Positions 1 through 13,282 of a stretch of 64,000 nt of DNA are shown here, piece by piece (position 1 is the first letter of the stretch; each line of letters begins with the position of its first letter). Position numbers and translations under genes: made by a program. The notes beneath the pieces were generated by a model. That model was given only the letters and a program-made list of their open reading frames with translations. It was not told the DNA's origin and did not search any database. The DNA comes from the human T2T-CHM13v2.0 reference genome, Homo sapiens, in the NCBI RefSeq assembly GCF_009914755.1, contig NC_060935.1; one strand, 5' to 3'.

Positions 1-101
1 GCACTTGTAATGTGTCTTGTACTACTAAGGAACTGAATTTTTAATTAACTTTAAATTGAAATAGTCAAGGTGGCTAATGGCTACCCAATTTAGTAGTGCA
101 G
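1..101. mobile_element. MER3/MER33-like hAT-Charlie DNA transposon, terminal fragment
   Basis: gcacttgtaatgtg...aggaactgaatttttaatt...gtggctaatggctacc...gtgcag resembles the MER3/MER33 terminus. Confidence 0.7.
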
Positions 102-129
102 TTCTAGAGGGGAAGAGGTCCTCTTAGTC

Positions 130-166
130 CTTATAGCTCCCCAGTGCCTAGCAGAGTGAAAAAAAA

Positions 167-208
<42 letters not shown>

Positions 209-238
209 AGGTAAGCAATAACACTTTGTTAGATGAAT
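130..238 (+). mobile_element. L2 3' end interrupted by an A8-TCT-A37 tract (159-206)
   Basis: ccccagtgcctagcagagtg...taggtaagcaataacactttgttagatgaat matches the L2 tail motif. Confidence 0.55.
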
Positions 239-1477
239 CCTAAAAACGGAAGCCTCTTTCCCTTTATAAAGGCATCAGGGAATCATTGTAAGTAGCAGAT
301 TGTCCTAGGTACAGGAAAACTAAAATGCCCCTAATAGCCCAATCTCACTGCAAACATGCCACTAAAAGAAAGCTAATTTCCACAGCACCTTCTTTGCCTA
401 TATCTCCAAGGGCACCTTCATATATTTCTTATGGCACCTTCTTTGAAACCTTTGGGCAAATGTGAGAAACATTAAGAAAGCTATAATTTTTAAACTCTCC
501 TAGGATTCTATGGGAGTGGTTAATCGGTTGTTCAGAGCAAGTAATATGAACTGGGCATGTAAGATTTTATAATCCTATTTGCCTTAAGAAGCCTGGCAGA
601 GAGTATTGTTTAACTTAACAAAACATAGTCACAGTTTTATTTTTCAATTAAATTTTAAAGCCGGGAAGAAAAATATCTCTCAGATGTTTAGAGAAAGAAT
701 AGCTAACAAGTTACAAAGTAAATTAAAATATAAAAGTATAATCCCACATAAAATTCTGAACAAATTTAAGGGCATATTGGCATCCTGGAATCTCTGTAAC
801 AAAATAAGTAGATTTGCAATCACCTAATATTAACAACAGAAATAAAATTCAACCACCTCACTCACATGAAATTTCTCAATTCTTTAATATCTTTACAGGT
901 TTCACGGGTCCACAGCTTTGGTTAGGCAGAAAAAACAGCACTGTGTCTGATCAGGCTTCTGACTCTAATATTAACAGAAGGGAGAGGCAACAGCAAAAAT
1001 TGAGCTACAATACACAATTCTGAAATGCTGCCACGGAAAAAAGACTTAGCACTTTTTCCTACCATTTCCATTTTCTTTGCAACAAATCTGTCCTTTAAGA
1101 CTAAGATGTTAAGATATGACTTATCCTTGCTGAAGCCATCTCCTTATAAATGCAGATCTCCCAACAGGCTTCATAGCCCTGATCTCTCCTTCAAGTTGCT
1201 CCTGATTCAAGCTGATAATTTTGCTCTCTTTAATCCAGTGAAACTAAATAAGTTCTTGACACTTCAAAAAGAATTACGGGAACAAAAATTCTCTCTCCAG
1301 ACAAGTACAGGTAAGGTTCTAATCTATTGATGGGTAAAGTGTTCCTTATATTACCACAGAGATGCCTAGAGGGGTAAGAAAGAGATCAGAGCAGATGTAT
1401 GGCTCTGGTCCTTAACCACAAACTACACAAGTTATAAGGAGAAAGCTTCAGGTTCACAGAACACTATAACTTGTGGC

Positions 1478-1880
1478 TGCTGATATACACCAAATGTTTG
1501 TATCCGCCCAAAATTCATGTTGAAGTCCTAAGCCCTGACGAGGGGGTATTTGGAGTCAGTCCCTTTGCAGGAAATTGGGGTTAGACAAGGTTATAAGGGT
1601 GAGGCCCTCATGATGGCATTAGTGCCCTTAAAAAAAGAGCCATCAGAGAGCTTGCTGTGTCTTCCCCCATCACATGTTCATGTCCAAAGAAGAGGTCATG
1701 CAAACACACAGAGAGATGCTGGCTGTCTATAAGCCAAGAGAAGAGTCTCAGAATCAAACCAATCTTTCCAATGCCTTGATCTTGGAAGTTCCAGCCTCCA
1801 GACTTTGAGAAATACATTTCCGTTGTTTAAGCCACCCACACTATGGTATCTTAATATGGCAGCCCAAGCAGACTAATACA
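1478..1880 (+). mobile_element. MaLR solo LTR, MLT1A-like
   Basis: cccaaaattcatgttgaagtccta...ggccctcatgatggcattagtgccctta...ccagcctccagac...gtttaagccacccac...gcagcccaagcagactaataca. Confidence 0.85.
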
Positions 1881-2059
1881 GCTACACTATCTGTACAGAG
1901 GAATACAACCTGGATTTTATAGTTATCCACCCTGATCCCTATATATTGACCTCTGAAGGAAGTCAGAGGCACCCACAGTGAATACCTAATGTTACTGCAA
2001 CTCAGCTATTAAAGAATTCAGCATTAACTACCGACAACTTAACCTACATTTAAAACTAA

Positions 2060-3078
<1,019 letters not shown>

Positions 3079-3559
3079 CCTAGTGTAAATGCTTCACTTA
3101 AGCATATATCTTGTACCTTTTCATCTGATATCATCATACCTAAAACCTTGGCAATGAGTTCATGTGATAATGGTTAAGAAGAGTAAGAAAAATGCTCATT
3201 TGAAGTTTACTTTTATATCTTTTACAAAATTAGCAGTGAAGGTATAATTCATTGTTACAGATATCCCCTAGTAAGATCATATAATATATTCTTCACAGAA
3301 TTCAATGCCAAAAAAAGTCTGTACTCCATGCAAATTCATGTGCTTTCTTTAATCAGATAAGTATTCTATGAGCCAAAGTTTTCCCTTTATGTCTTGGCTA
3401 ACAAACAGAAAGCTCAAAGCCAGACTAAATTAACAGAATTCTCACTTCCTTCTTCTAATCATTTTTGACCTTTCCTAAAATTATTTTTCTTATATTGTAC
3501 TTTTGGAAGCAACTTTGAATTCTTTCTTTTTAAGAGTGTGCTTTATAACAGAAAAAAAT

Positions 3560-3725
3560 ACCAGGAATCAGACTGAGCAGTTGCTCCCCCACTTATAAGA
3601 TGTGTGATCTAAATCACAGAGGTCAAATAATTGACCTGAAGTTCCATTTTGCATCATAAATTGAGAATTTCTTTGCCTCCCTCTCAAGAACATTGATAAA
3701 AATGTGAAAGTTTGCAAATTTAACA
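3560..3725 (+). mobile_element. MIR fragment
   Basis: Degenerate MIR core (ggaatcagactg...ccacttataagatgtgtgatct...catcataaattgag). Confidence 0.45.
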
Positions 3726-4398
3726 TAAAACAAAGCTAATATTAAATGAATGTAAAAGATTATCAAAATTAATGTGGTTAAATTTTTAACCAAAGTCTGA
3801 TCTTATGGTGTAGTCATTTCCAGGCTAATTAACTTCTTTTTCACCTATTATCAATACAAATCAATTAGAAGCTAAATGTTCAGATATAGATCTATAGTCT
3901 ACTCTAAGAGAGAGAAGTGATAAAATGACCAGCCAGAGTCAAATTTTAGAACTCTGAATGCAGAAACAAGAACAAGGAAAACACTGGAACTCTCAGGTGA
4001 GCATGGATGAAAGAAGGCATAACCTAAACCAGGCCTGGATCTGCAGAAGTATTCAAGATGGGCCCCAAAGGCTTGTGAATTCAGGTATGCACCTGTTACT
4101 CCTTTGATTGTCAATTAACATTTCTGCCTAAGAGGAAAGAAAAGGAACAAGGGTACAAGGACATAAATTGCTCTGATATTTTATCAAATGCAGAGTTGCC
4201 TTTAAGCAAATCTACTCCAGTACCAGGCATTCTGCTCAAAGCAATGAGGGAGGATTCTCTCTCTGGCCTTGGGCAGAGCCTTAGTTGTGAGGTTCACCTG
4301 TATTTTAGCATTTCAAGCGGTCAAAGATAACTGCAGCCTGGCTTTCACAGAAGTGAAATAACTCAACTTTACTGTCAGATGCACAGACCAATGAGTTA

Positions 4399-4765
<367 letters not shown>

Positions 4766-4861
4766 ATGTGGACAATCAACAAAGAAAAGGGGGATTCTAA
4801 GAAGAAAATGGGAGGTTCCATTTAAGTATCTATAACATAAAATAGTTCATAAAAAATAGAT

Positions 4862-4983
4862 CAGTGGTTCTCATCCTTGGGTGAGTATCAGAATCACCTG
4901 TGGAAATTGTTAAAAATGCAGATGCCAAGCTTTACCTCCCAGAAACTACTGTGCGTATGATGTATCCCAGTTTAAGAATCTCC
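4862..4983. mobile_element. MER5-like hAT-Charlie element
   Basis: cagtggttctca...atcagaatcacctg.gga...ttgttaaaaatgcagatgcc...cagtttaagaatc. Confidence 0.75.
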
Positions 4984-5009
4984 AATGCTGGTGTCAGGAT
5001 TTTTCACAT

Positions 5010-6660
5010 GCATGAATGAAAACACAAATACATGATTTTAAGTGAAAGCTACGTAGTCTTGAATTTGAATTGGAAGAGTCAAAATGGAGTCCTTATACAT
5101 TTTATCTTTAAGACAACAACAATACATTGCCTAGTTCTGTACACTAAAAAGATCTAAAAACAGTGACCTATCCAGTAGGAATAAGCACATCCCAGGGACC
5201 AGAGTATAGTTTCTAATTTTCCACTAAAAGAAATGAGCTTCTAGGAGAAATAGCTGATTCCAGGTTTGAGGCAAGAACAAAACAAAACAAAAAACCTTCT
5301 AAGATGAGCCTGGAATATCTTATCGCAACCAGAAAAGGATATTAGCAAAGATTCTGGGGTCATAATAAAAGAGTCTTCCACTAGCCAAAAGCAGGATAAT
5401 TTGAGCATCAGTAAGAATAATAATTGAATGGATTGAAGCATGTTTAACCCTATAAATTCAAAATAATACTAAAGCAAAACAAAACTTTCATAAATACCTT
5501 TGAAGGGTGCTGAGAACCAACTAATTATTTTGAAAATCAGTAAATAAAGGTAAAGAATCAGTCATTTGTCTGGCCATTCTATGTATATTGCACTTAAGTT
5601 AAATGATAAGGGGAAGTTTCTCTTTATGAAGGAATGGCAGAATAAGATCCTCACCATTTTGCAGCCCTCACTGAAAGAATAAATCTACGCAGTGATCTTC
5701 AAATGGTTACTGACATCACATGCATACAAAAAGGTACAGACATTATATACCTACCTATGAAGTATTCTTACCCTTTATACCCTCCCATACCCCAAAAAAG
5801 AAAAGTAAGCCTGAATCTCATAGACTTATTTGACTAATAAGAAATAAAAAAATTTTTAAAAAACATGTTAAACAACATCAGGAAGACATAATAAGCAAAA
5901 TCAGACTGTGGGCAATTATGGGACAAGCAGTCCAGTTTCTTAAACTTCGAGGGAGAAAAAAGGGATGAAGAAGCTATAGGCTAAGAAAAACTTGGCGTGC
6001 TAATCAAGTAGTTATAACTCACGGACTTCATTTGACTCTTGACTCAACAAATAAAAAGGTTTTTTTCAAAGTAATAATAATATAAGGCAATTACAGAATT
6101 TTAATACTGCCTGGATATTGTTGGTACAAAAGTATTTAGGTAAGAAAATATTATTGTGGTTATCTTTTTAAAAAAGAATCCCTGTCTTTTAGAGATACAT
6201 ACTGAAATCTTGATGGAAAGATAGTACAATGTCTATAATTTTCTTTAAAATGATCCATGGTTGGGGGAGTGGGTGAGATTACAGGTGAAATAATATTGGT
6301 CATGAGTTAATAACTGTTGAAGTTGAGTGATAAGAACATGATATTCAATACACTATGCCCTCTGCTTTTGTGTGTTTGACATTTTCAACAATAAGAAGTT
6401 TTTAAAATGTCAAAAGCAAAAGCAAACAAAAAAATGTAGAACTATGGCATTATAGTTCAAATCCTGGTTATCACTGGGGAGGAAGGAAGCGCAGTAATTT
6501 TGAGAGGCCATGAGGAAGCCTTCTGGGGTGCTGCTGGCAAAGTTCTTGACCTCGGTAATGGTTACTCGGGTGTTCATTTTGCGACAATTTACTGAGCTGC
6601 ACATTTACACTATGTGTACCTCCCTGGTGTTATACTTCAACTAAAAAATAGTTAAGAGTA
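5010..6660 (+). mobile_element. L1MC/L1ME-type 3' region fragments
   Basis: L1M 3'UTR motifs (ggagaaatagctgattccagg; ttttagagatacatactgaaa; gagttaataactgttgaag; ggttactcgggtgttcattttg). Confidence 0.7.
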
Positions 6661-7209
6661 GACTACTATTCAGCAATATGAACACAGAGATGTATTTGAT
6701 ACGATGACAATATTTAATACTTTGTGATGTATAATACTTACATAGTGTTTAAGAAAGGTATGGACATTAACCAAATGGAATAAAACAATGTGTTGTTAAA
6801 GTTGTAGTCTCTAATTATATTGGAACCAATCCTGAAACATAGACCCATGACAGAATCAAGATATATTGCACGTAGGGAGTATGCTAATAATAATAATAAT
6901 AATAGGAAATACTTATGAAATATCTATCATATGCCACTTGAGTTAAAAGGTGGTTATAATTTCTCTTAACAAGTCTCTCGAATAAGCTATAAATACTCAA
7001 CTTACAATATTAAATTCATATTTGCTGGTATGCTGTCCAGCATATATTTATTGGTATATTGCATAGCACAAACATGAAATAACAATTCTTTCTATTTAAT
7101 AATTAAAGGTGGTTATAATTATTAAATAATAAATAAATTAGAAGTTTGCTATACTTTATCTTTCCAGATAGCAAACTTGTAATTTATTTTGAAAAAACAA
7201 AAGTGAGAA

Positions 7210-7460
7210 GCCATGTTGCTTGGTGGTCACTAATAATATCTTTGGTGTCAGTCAAGATTTGAATCCTGGTTCATCTACAAGCTATAAGACAGTAAGCAAG
7301 TACTTAATCTTTTTGTGCTTCAGTTTTCAAATTTGTAAATGGGGAAATAGTGCTATAAGCTCTGGCTACCATGAGGATTAAATGAGATACAACTCTTAGC
7401 ATAATGCCTGGCAAACAATACCTGCACATTAATGTTAATTACTATATATTTATTACTGTT
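7210..7460 (+). mobile_element. MIR
   Basis: tttgaatcctggttc...gcaagtacttaatc...cttcagttttc...tgtaaatgggga...tgaggattaaatgagat...atgcctggca. Confidence 0.8.
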
Positions 7461-7849
7461 ATAACATAAAAGGATATCCACCTGCAATATCTCCCTTGGT
7501 AGCATTTCAAGATATTCTTCTAAAAGAAATATGATGAGAAAATTTTTTAAGATTAGAGGATGTTTCTACATAGTTTCTACAAAAAATGAAAATTTCAAAT
7601 ACAGGGAGAAGACAAAAGAGAGGTATGGCATAGTGCAAACAGAGGGCTAAGAATTTAGAAAGCCAAGATACAAAAAAAGCTAAAATCAAAACATAATTGC
7701 TAAATGGTTTCAAGATGAAAAAATAAAACTGCTTCTAAAGACTTGAAAGTTTACATATCAAAGCAGGTTTAGAAGAAATTATTCAATAGTCATAAACCAC
7801 TGATTGAGAGAATCGTGTCACGTGGTATAAAAACCCGTGGGAAACCTAC

Positions 7850-7908
7850 CTGAACCAGAGAGCCATGAAAAGTACATGAAGCTCTTGTCTGAAGCAGGTA
7901 CCACTTAC
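7850..7908 (-). other. Candidate recursive-splicing site with 59-nt RS-exon
   Basis: Minus strand: ctatttctttgtactcag|GTAAGTGG...CTGGTTCAG|gtaggt. Confidence 0.3.
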
Positions 7909-7999
7909 CTGAGTACAAAGAAATAGTGCCAGCCACCGGGGATTCTGTCAAGTAATTCCACAGGACACTGGTGGTCTTGGTGTCTCTCTGAGTCTCCAT
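7909..7999 (-). other. Candidate alternative first coding exon (METQRDTKTTSVLWNYLTESPVAGTISLYS + 1 nt)
   Basis: gctATGG Kozak context; 91 nt open to a perfect CAG|gtaagt donor; TATAAAA about 70 nt upstream. Peptide not recognised. Confidence 0.25.
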
Positions 8000-8064
8000 A
8001 GCTTCTCAGAGCCCACAGGACTTTTAAGGTACTTAAATATGTGGTATATTTTGACAACAGCATG

Positions 8065-8290
8065 TTTTATAAGTCATTTGTCATCAGCAAACTTTAGACA
8101 AGGTTAATGAAAGTTCTGTCACTTTAATGTCTAGCCGGCTTTAAATTACAAATGTCATGCGCCATGACTAAAGAAAGGGCACTGCAATAATACCATAAAC
8201 CATCATCTCCAGGGACATACAGGTAATTGCATAGCTCATTAAAAAACTGTTTTAATTATTAATTGACCGTGTCAGAGTTGTCCTTTGAAG
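8065..8290 (-). promoter_or_regulatory. Possible promoter/enhancer motifs upstream of the candidate exon
   Basis: Minus-strand TATAAAA (8071-8065); HNF1-like ttaattattaa (8252-8262); TCF/LEF cctttgaag (8282-8290); motif matches only. Confidence 0.2.
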
Positions 8291-9702
8291 TCAATTTTAA
8301 TTTTTTTTTCCTTGCAAGCATGATGATTTCAAGCTGACCTACAGAACTTTGTGCATCACCTACAACATTGGCAAGGGTGGCTGAGAAGAAAGCTCTCCAA
8401 TACTTGAAATTATTTTCAAGTCACTTGCAAATAATCTGCTTACTGGGAGGAAGGAAACAGCAGAACGCTTCTGAGAGGTCTGGTGTGTTCCAATCACCTA
8501 TAGAGAGAAACCACAGGACTAAAAATAAATGAATAAATAAAAATGCCCAGGAGTTACAGCAAGTATGCATCTTTTTGTTAAATTTTCTTTCATGATGACA
8601 CAAAACAAGGACTAAAAATGTTTGCAAGAAACCACAAGGTGATCTAATCAGAACTTAGCTAAAATTACAAATCTGACAATGAATAAAATTCCCTACTTAA
8701 TAAATAATTCTAGAAATAAGCTGATAATAATCGCCAAAGCTCAGTAGTCATTCAAAATGGGCAACAGTAATAATTCATATACCTAGGCCTATCTTTAAGT
8801 TCCATTATTCAAGAAGGAAACTAGTATTCTCACTTTATTTTTTTCTGAATGAATCTAGAAAATACTTTATAGATAAGAATATGTCCACTCTTGCAAAAGA
8901 TACCAGTGGCAAGCTTCAGTGTGAAAGAGACAAGTATCCATGTGTCAGATGACAGAGTTGCCACTGATTTATTAGCAAATTGAACTTTTGCTTTAAGAGA
9001 AAAAAACTTCTCAAAATCTGTATCTGATAAATTAACCCAGTCCTTCATGAACACCATTTCAAAAAGACACTGCCAACCTTAAGTTTGAATGATTCATTGT
9101 ACTGTAAATATTTGAGGTGAATATGTCTGGTAGCAAGTGTCTGAAACAAGAACCCTCTTGCAACACAACCGAAAAATCAACGGACAATGTATGAGACAGT
9201 TAGGGTGCAGTAATGAAGCTGACCTCAGACTATTTCCATCAATACAAACACTGACAGCAAGTTTGTTCACCAAGTTTTCAGGGCCAACAACTTACAATTC
9301 AAACCTGGGATCAATTTATGGACTCTGCTATTGTTAATGACCACGCAGGGAGAGTAATACCAGAAAACTGACAGCATCCTCAGGACTAACAGATCATCTC
9401 CCAGAATGTGAAAATGAGATAAGTCAATTCCGCCACCTTGTCTGCACCTTGAGAATTAAACAGCAACTACCAACTGATATCAGAAATTACTCTCATTGGA
9501 GGTTGAACACCTGATTCTCCTTTGCCACATCAAGCAGAGACTGTCAGATAAGAGAATGACAGGAAAATTCATTCCATCCACATTTCCTGCACTATGGAAA
9601 ACTGCACGGATACAGAGCAAACCATCAAAGAAGTATAAGTCAATAAGTACATAAATATATAAATAAGAAAACTAAAATACAGTAAGAAAGGAAACTACAG
9701 AA

Positions 9703-10029
9703 TAGGGGTCAGCAAACTAAGGCCTGTGATCCAAATCCAGCTCACCATGTGCTTTTGTAGAGCCTGGAAGCTAGGAATAGTATTTGTCAATGGTTGAAAA
9801 AATTCTTAAGAATATATCACAACACCCGAAAAACACATAAAATTCAAATTGCAGTGTCCATAAATAAAGTTTTATTGGAACATAGCCATGCTCATTCGTT
9901 TACATATTGTCTACAGCAGCTTTCACACTACAACAGCAGAGCTGAGTAGTTGTGAAAGAGACCGTATGGCCCACAAAGCCTAACATATTTACTACCTTGC
10001 CCTCTACAGAAAAAGTTTGCCAATCTTTG
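9703..10029. mobile_element. MER58B-like hAT-Charlie element
   Basis: aggggtcagcaaact...aataaagttttattggaaca.agccatgctcattcgtttacatattgtcta...gaaaaagtttgccaatc; 8-bp TSD ctacagaa/ctatagta. Confidence 0.9.
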
Positions 10030-12157
10030 CTATAGTAGAATGAGACCTAAATTCCTAACCTTTGATGGCACATTACGTGAGCTAGCCCCATCTTCACCCC
10101 TTCAAGCAATCCTGATATTTAGTAACTTAAAGAGGTTCCCAAAAGAGGAGATTTCACAATAAATGATAAATGTCTCTAGCTAGATGATGTAGCATGAGTG
10201 CTTACAAACTGATTATCAAGTTTTGTCTCTGGTATACACATATAAGTGCAATGCAATGTATAATATTCTAATTAAATTAAAGAATGGCTGCACAAGCCAT
10301 GTTTCTATTAGCCAGGTCTTATTTGATTTAGCAGCAGTAATGAATGCTGAATCAGGTTAGGGTTGCTAAGATTATCTGGCTTTGCCAATCTACTAAAATT
10401 AGGATAATAAAACTAAAGATATGTAATACTGAAGACATTTAAAAAGAAAACTCGTTTATCTTCAATTAAAATATCCACAATACTGACAATAAACTTACTA
10501 CTCTTCCCTATAGAAAGGTTGGGTTGAGGAAAACAGCACATTAAAAAGAAATTCAGTCCAGCATGGGGACAATGGAGTTACATTTTAGAAGACCAAATGT
10601 AGTCTGATTTTCTTGTGATACCAACATTTCCCACATTTGTGTAAAAAAGCAACAGGGAAAATAAAGAAGCTCACAATATTCACTGACTGACAAAGTACTG
10701 CACTAGATTTTTTGACTCCAATAAAGCTAAGCCCCTTACATTGAACAGGGAAGGGGTGGTGATTGTGTTTCTTGATATAAGCAAAACCCTGTGTTATGAA
10801 GACATGTTAAATTATTTACTTGTTTGAGCCACTGGGAGGAACTACGTGGTCATGCTTCTGCTCAACTTCACTTTTTGATAGTAAAAATGAGATTATGACT
10901 CATTTCATTCTGCAGATTTTATGAGTTTATTGACACAAACACAGAAAAACAAAAACTCCCTACAGAAACTATATCAGTCATCTTGGTATGTTATAAAATA
11001 CAGTATCTTTAATACTATTTGTTTTAGGCACCAATTAATTTTATGAGGTAATAGTAAAACTGCAGGCTCTTCCTCCCCCTACAGTATAGACTATATAATA
11101 AAAATCAACACATATAGGTCAGATCAATGGGGTGAAATAAACTATTTGAAGTCAGTTCTGAAGACGTACTAGTTCCGGTCCTTAAAAGACATTGTATTCC
11201 TAGGGTTTACAGCCCCTTCGCGTTTAAAACCAGAGCATCCAGATGCTACACTCAGAAAGGAAGAAATACAGTTCCTCTATTTCCTTATTTCCATAATTTC
11301 AAAGATGTAAAGTGAATTTGGAATATAAGTCAAACAGGAAACCAAGAAAAATACAATCGGGGGAAAGAAAAGAATTATAAAATGGTCAGTTGGCAGCCGA
11401 AGAGAAGTTACACAAAACTGCACTTACACTAGCTCTGATTTTTGAACTCAAGCAATTCTCAGCCCTCGCATGCCAGTCCTGATTATTCTCTTAAAAGTGC
11501 TACTGTGTGCCATCTTCAAAATATTAAACCATCCATCAGTGTACGTGATCCCATTAAACCATCTCTGGGTACGCTATCCAGCTGAATGAAAATGAAACCC
11601 TAATGATTATCTGAGATGGAAACCAAGTGATTTAAGGGGAAATAGAAAATGTTTTCTGAATTTATCAAAAGGCAAACAATATTTTTACAACTTTTTCTAT
11701 TCTCTACCACCAAAATAAATAAATTAATTAAGCAAACATTAGGCTCCCTTGCAACTTTTAAATACTAGGATATTAGCATTAAAAGACTATGGCTGTCGAG
11801 GCCCTCTTTCATTTTTTAGTAATAGCTAAAGAGGAGACAGTGAGAACACCATAATTAGAGGTAATCAAGCAATAGCTAGATGATCATACGTGTATGCTGA
11901 AAATGGAACTCAGGCACTCATTTTGGATGAGAATCAAATCATCTCCAGGTTTCATCTCTGAAGTATAACATGATTTAGGCTACATAAAATGAAAAACAAC
12001 TACAGAGAGAGAAGCTACCTCTAACTTAAATAAGAAGCTTAATATTTGTCTAAACTCTTAATTAGCAATACTTTTTAAAAATCCAAAACAAACATATTCC
12101 TCTTAGTAGTGCTAAGAGGTTCCCTTTCATACAAACCTTAAAAATAAGGTGGTAACA

Positions 12158-12467
<310 letters not shown>

Positions 12468-12609
12468 TCAAGACTGTGCAAAATGCAATTCCAGAACAAG
12501 ATGACAAACTGTAAATACCATTCAGGGTCAACTCTATTCTAACTACAGAGGAATAACAACAGGAAAGCAGACAGTAATGCACAAGGTTAACCCACTAATC
12601 ACTGAGAGT

Positions 12610-12850
12610 CCACAACATGTAGCAAAAACAGTACAAGCTTTGAAATCAGATAAACCTAGGTTCATAGCTCAGCTCTAATTTTTACTGAACTATTTGACCT
12701 TGGGAAAGTCACTAAGCCTTAGTGAGCCTCACTTTCCTTATGTATAAAATGGAGACATCTTTCTCATTCGGTTGTTATAGGGATTAAAAGAGAAACCATA
12801 TGTAAACTATTGAAAACAATACCTGACACACGAAGTACATTAATCTTATT
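12610..12850 (+). mobile_element. MIR
   Basis: ctttgaaatcagataaacctagg...tgaccttgggaaagtcactaagcct...tgagcctcactttcct...taaaatgg. Confidence 0.8.
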
Positions 12851-12991
12851 CCCTCCCCTCCACAATTAAACAAATAGTGACTACATGTGAGAATGTGCAA
12901 GGCTATGCTAGGGCACCATTCCTCAAGTGTGATGCATGAGATGACTTTTAAGTGGTATACAAATAAAAATCTATAAGTTCTAATAATAGGA

Positions 12992-13282
12992 TTTTTTTTT
13001 TGAGACAGAAGTCTCGCTCTGACACCCATGTTTGAGTGCAGTGGCCCGATCTCGGCTCACTGCAACCTCTGCCTCCCGGGTTCAAGCCATCTCCTGCCTC
13101 AGCCTCCCAAGTTGCTAGGACCACAGGTGCCCGCCACCACACCGGGCTAGTTTTTGTATTTTTAGTAGAGACAGGGTTTCACCATGGTGGCCAGGCTGGT
13201 CTCAAACTCCTGACCTCAAGTGATCCACCCGCCTCGGCCTCCCAAAGTGCTGGGATTACAGGCGTGAGCCACCGTGTGTGGC
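12992..13282 (-). mobile_element. AluSx-like
   Basis: Full reverse-complement Alu; TSD aataataggatttt / aataattaggatttt. Confidence 0.95.

Noticed and set aside
11428-11581. Possible exon ttcattcag|CTGGATAG...GCTAGT|gtaagt on minus
   Set aside because: Short pyrimidine tract and poor exonic donor positions; not distinguishable from background pseudo-exons.
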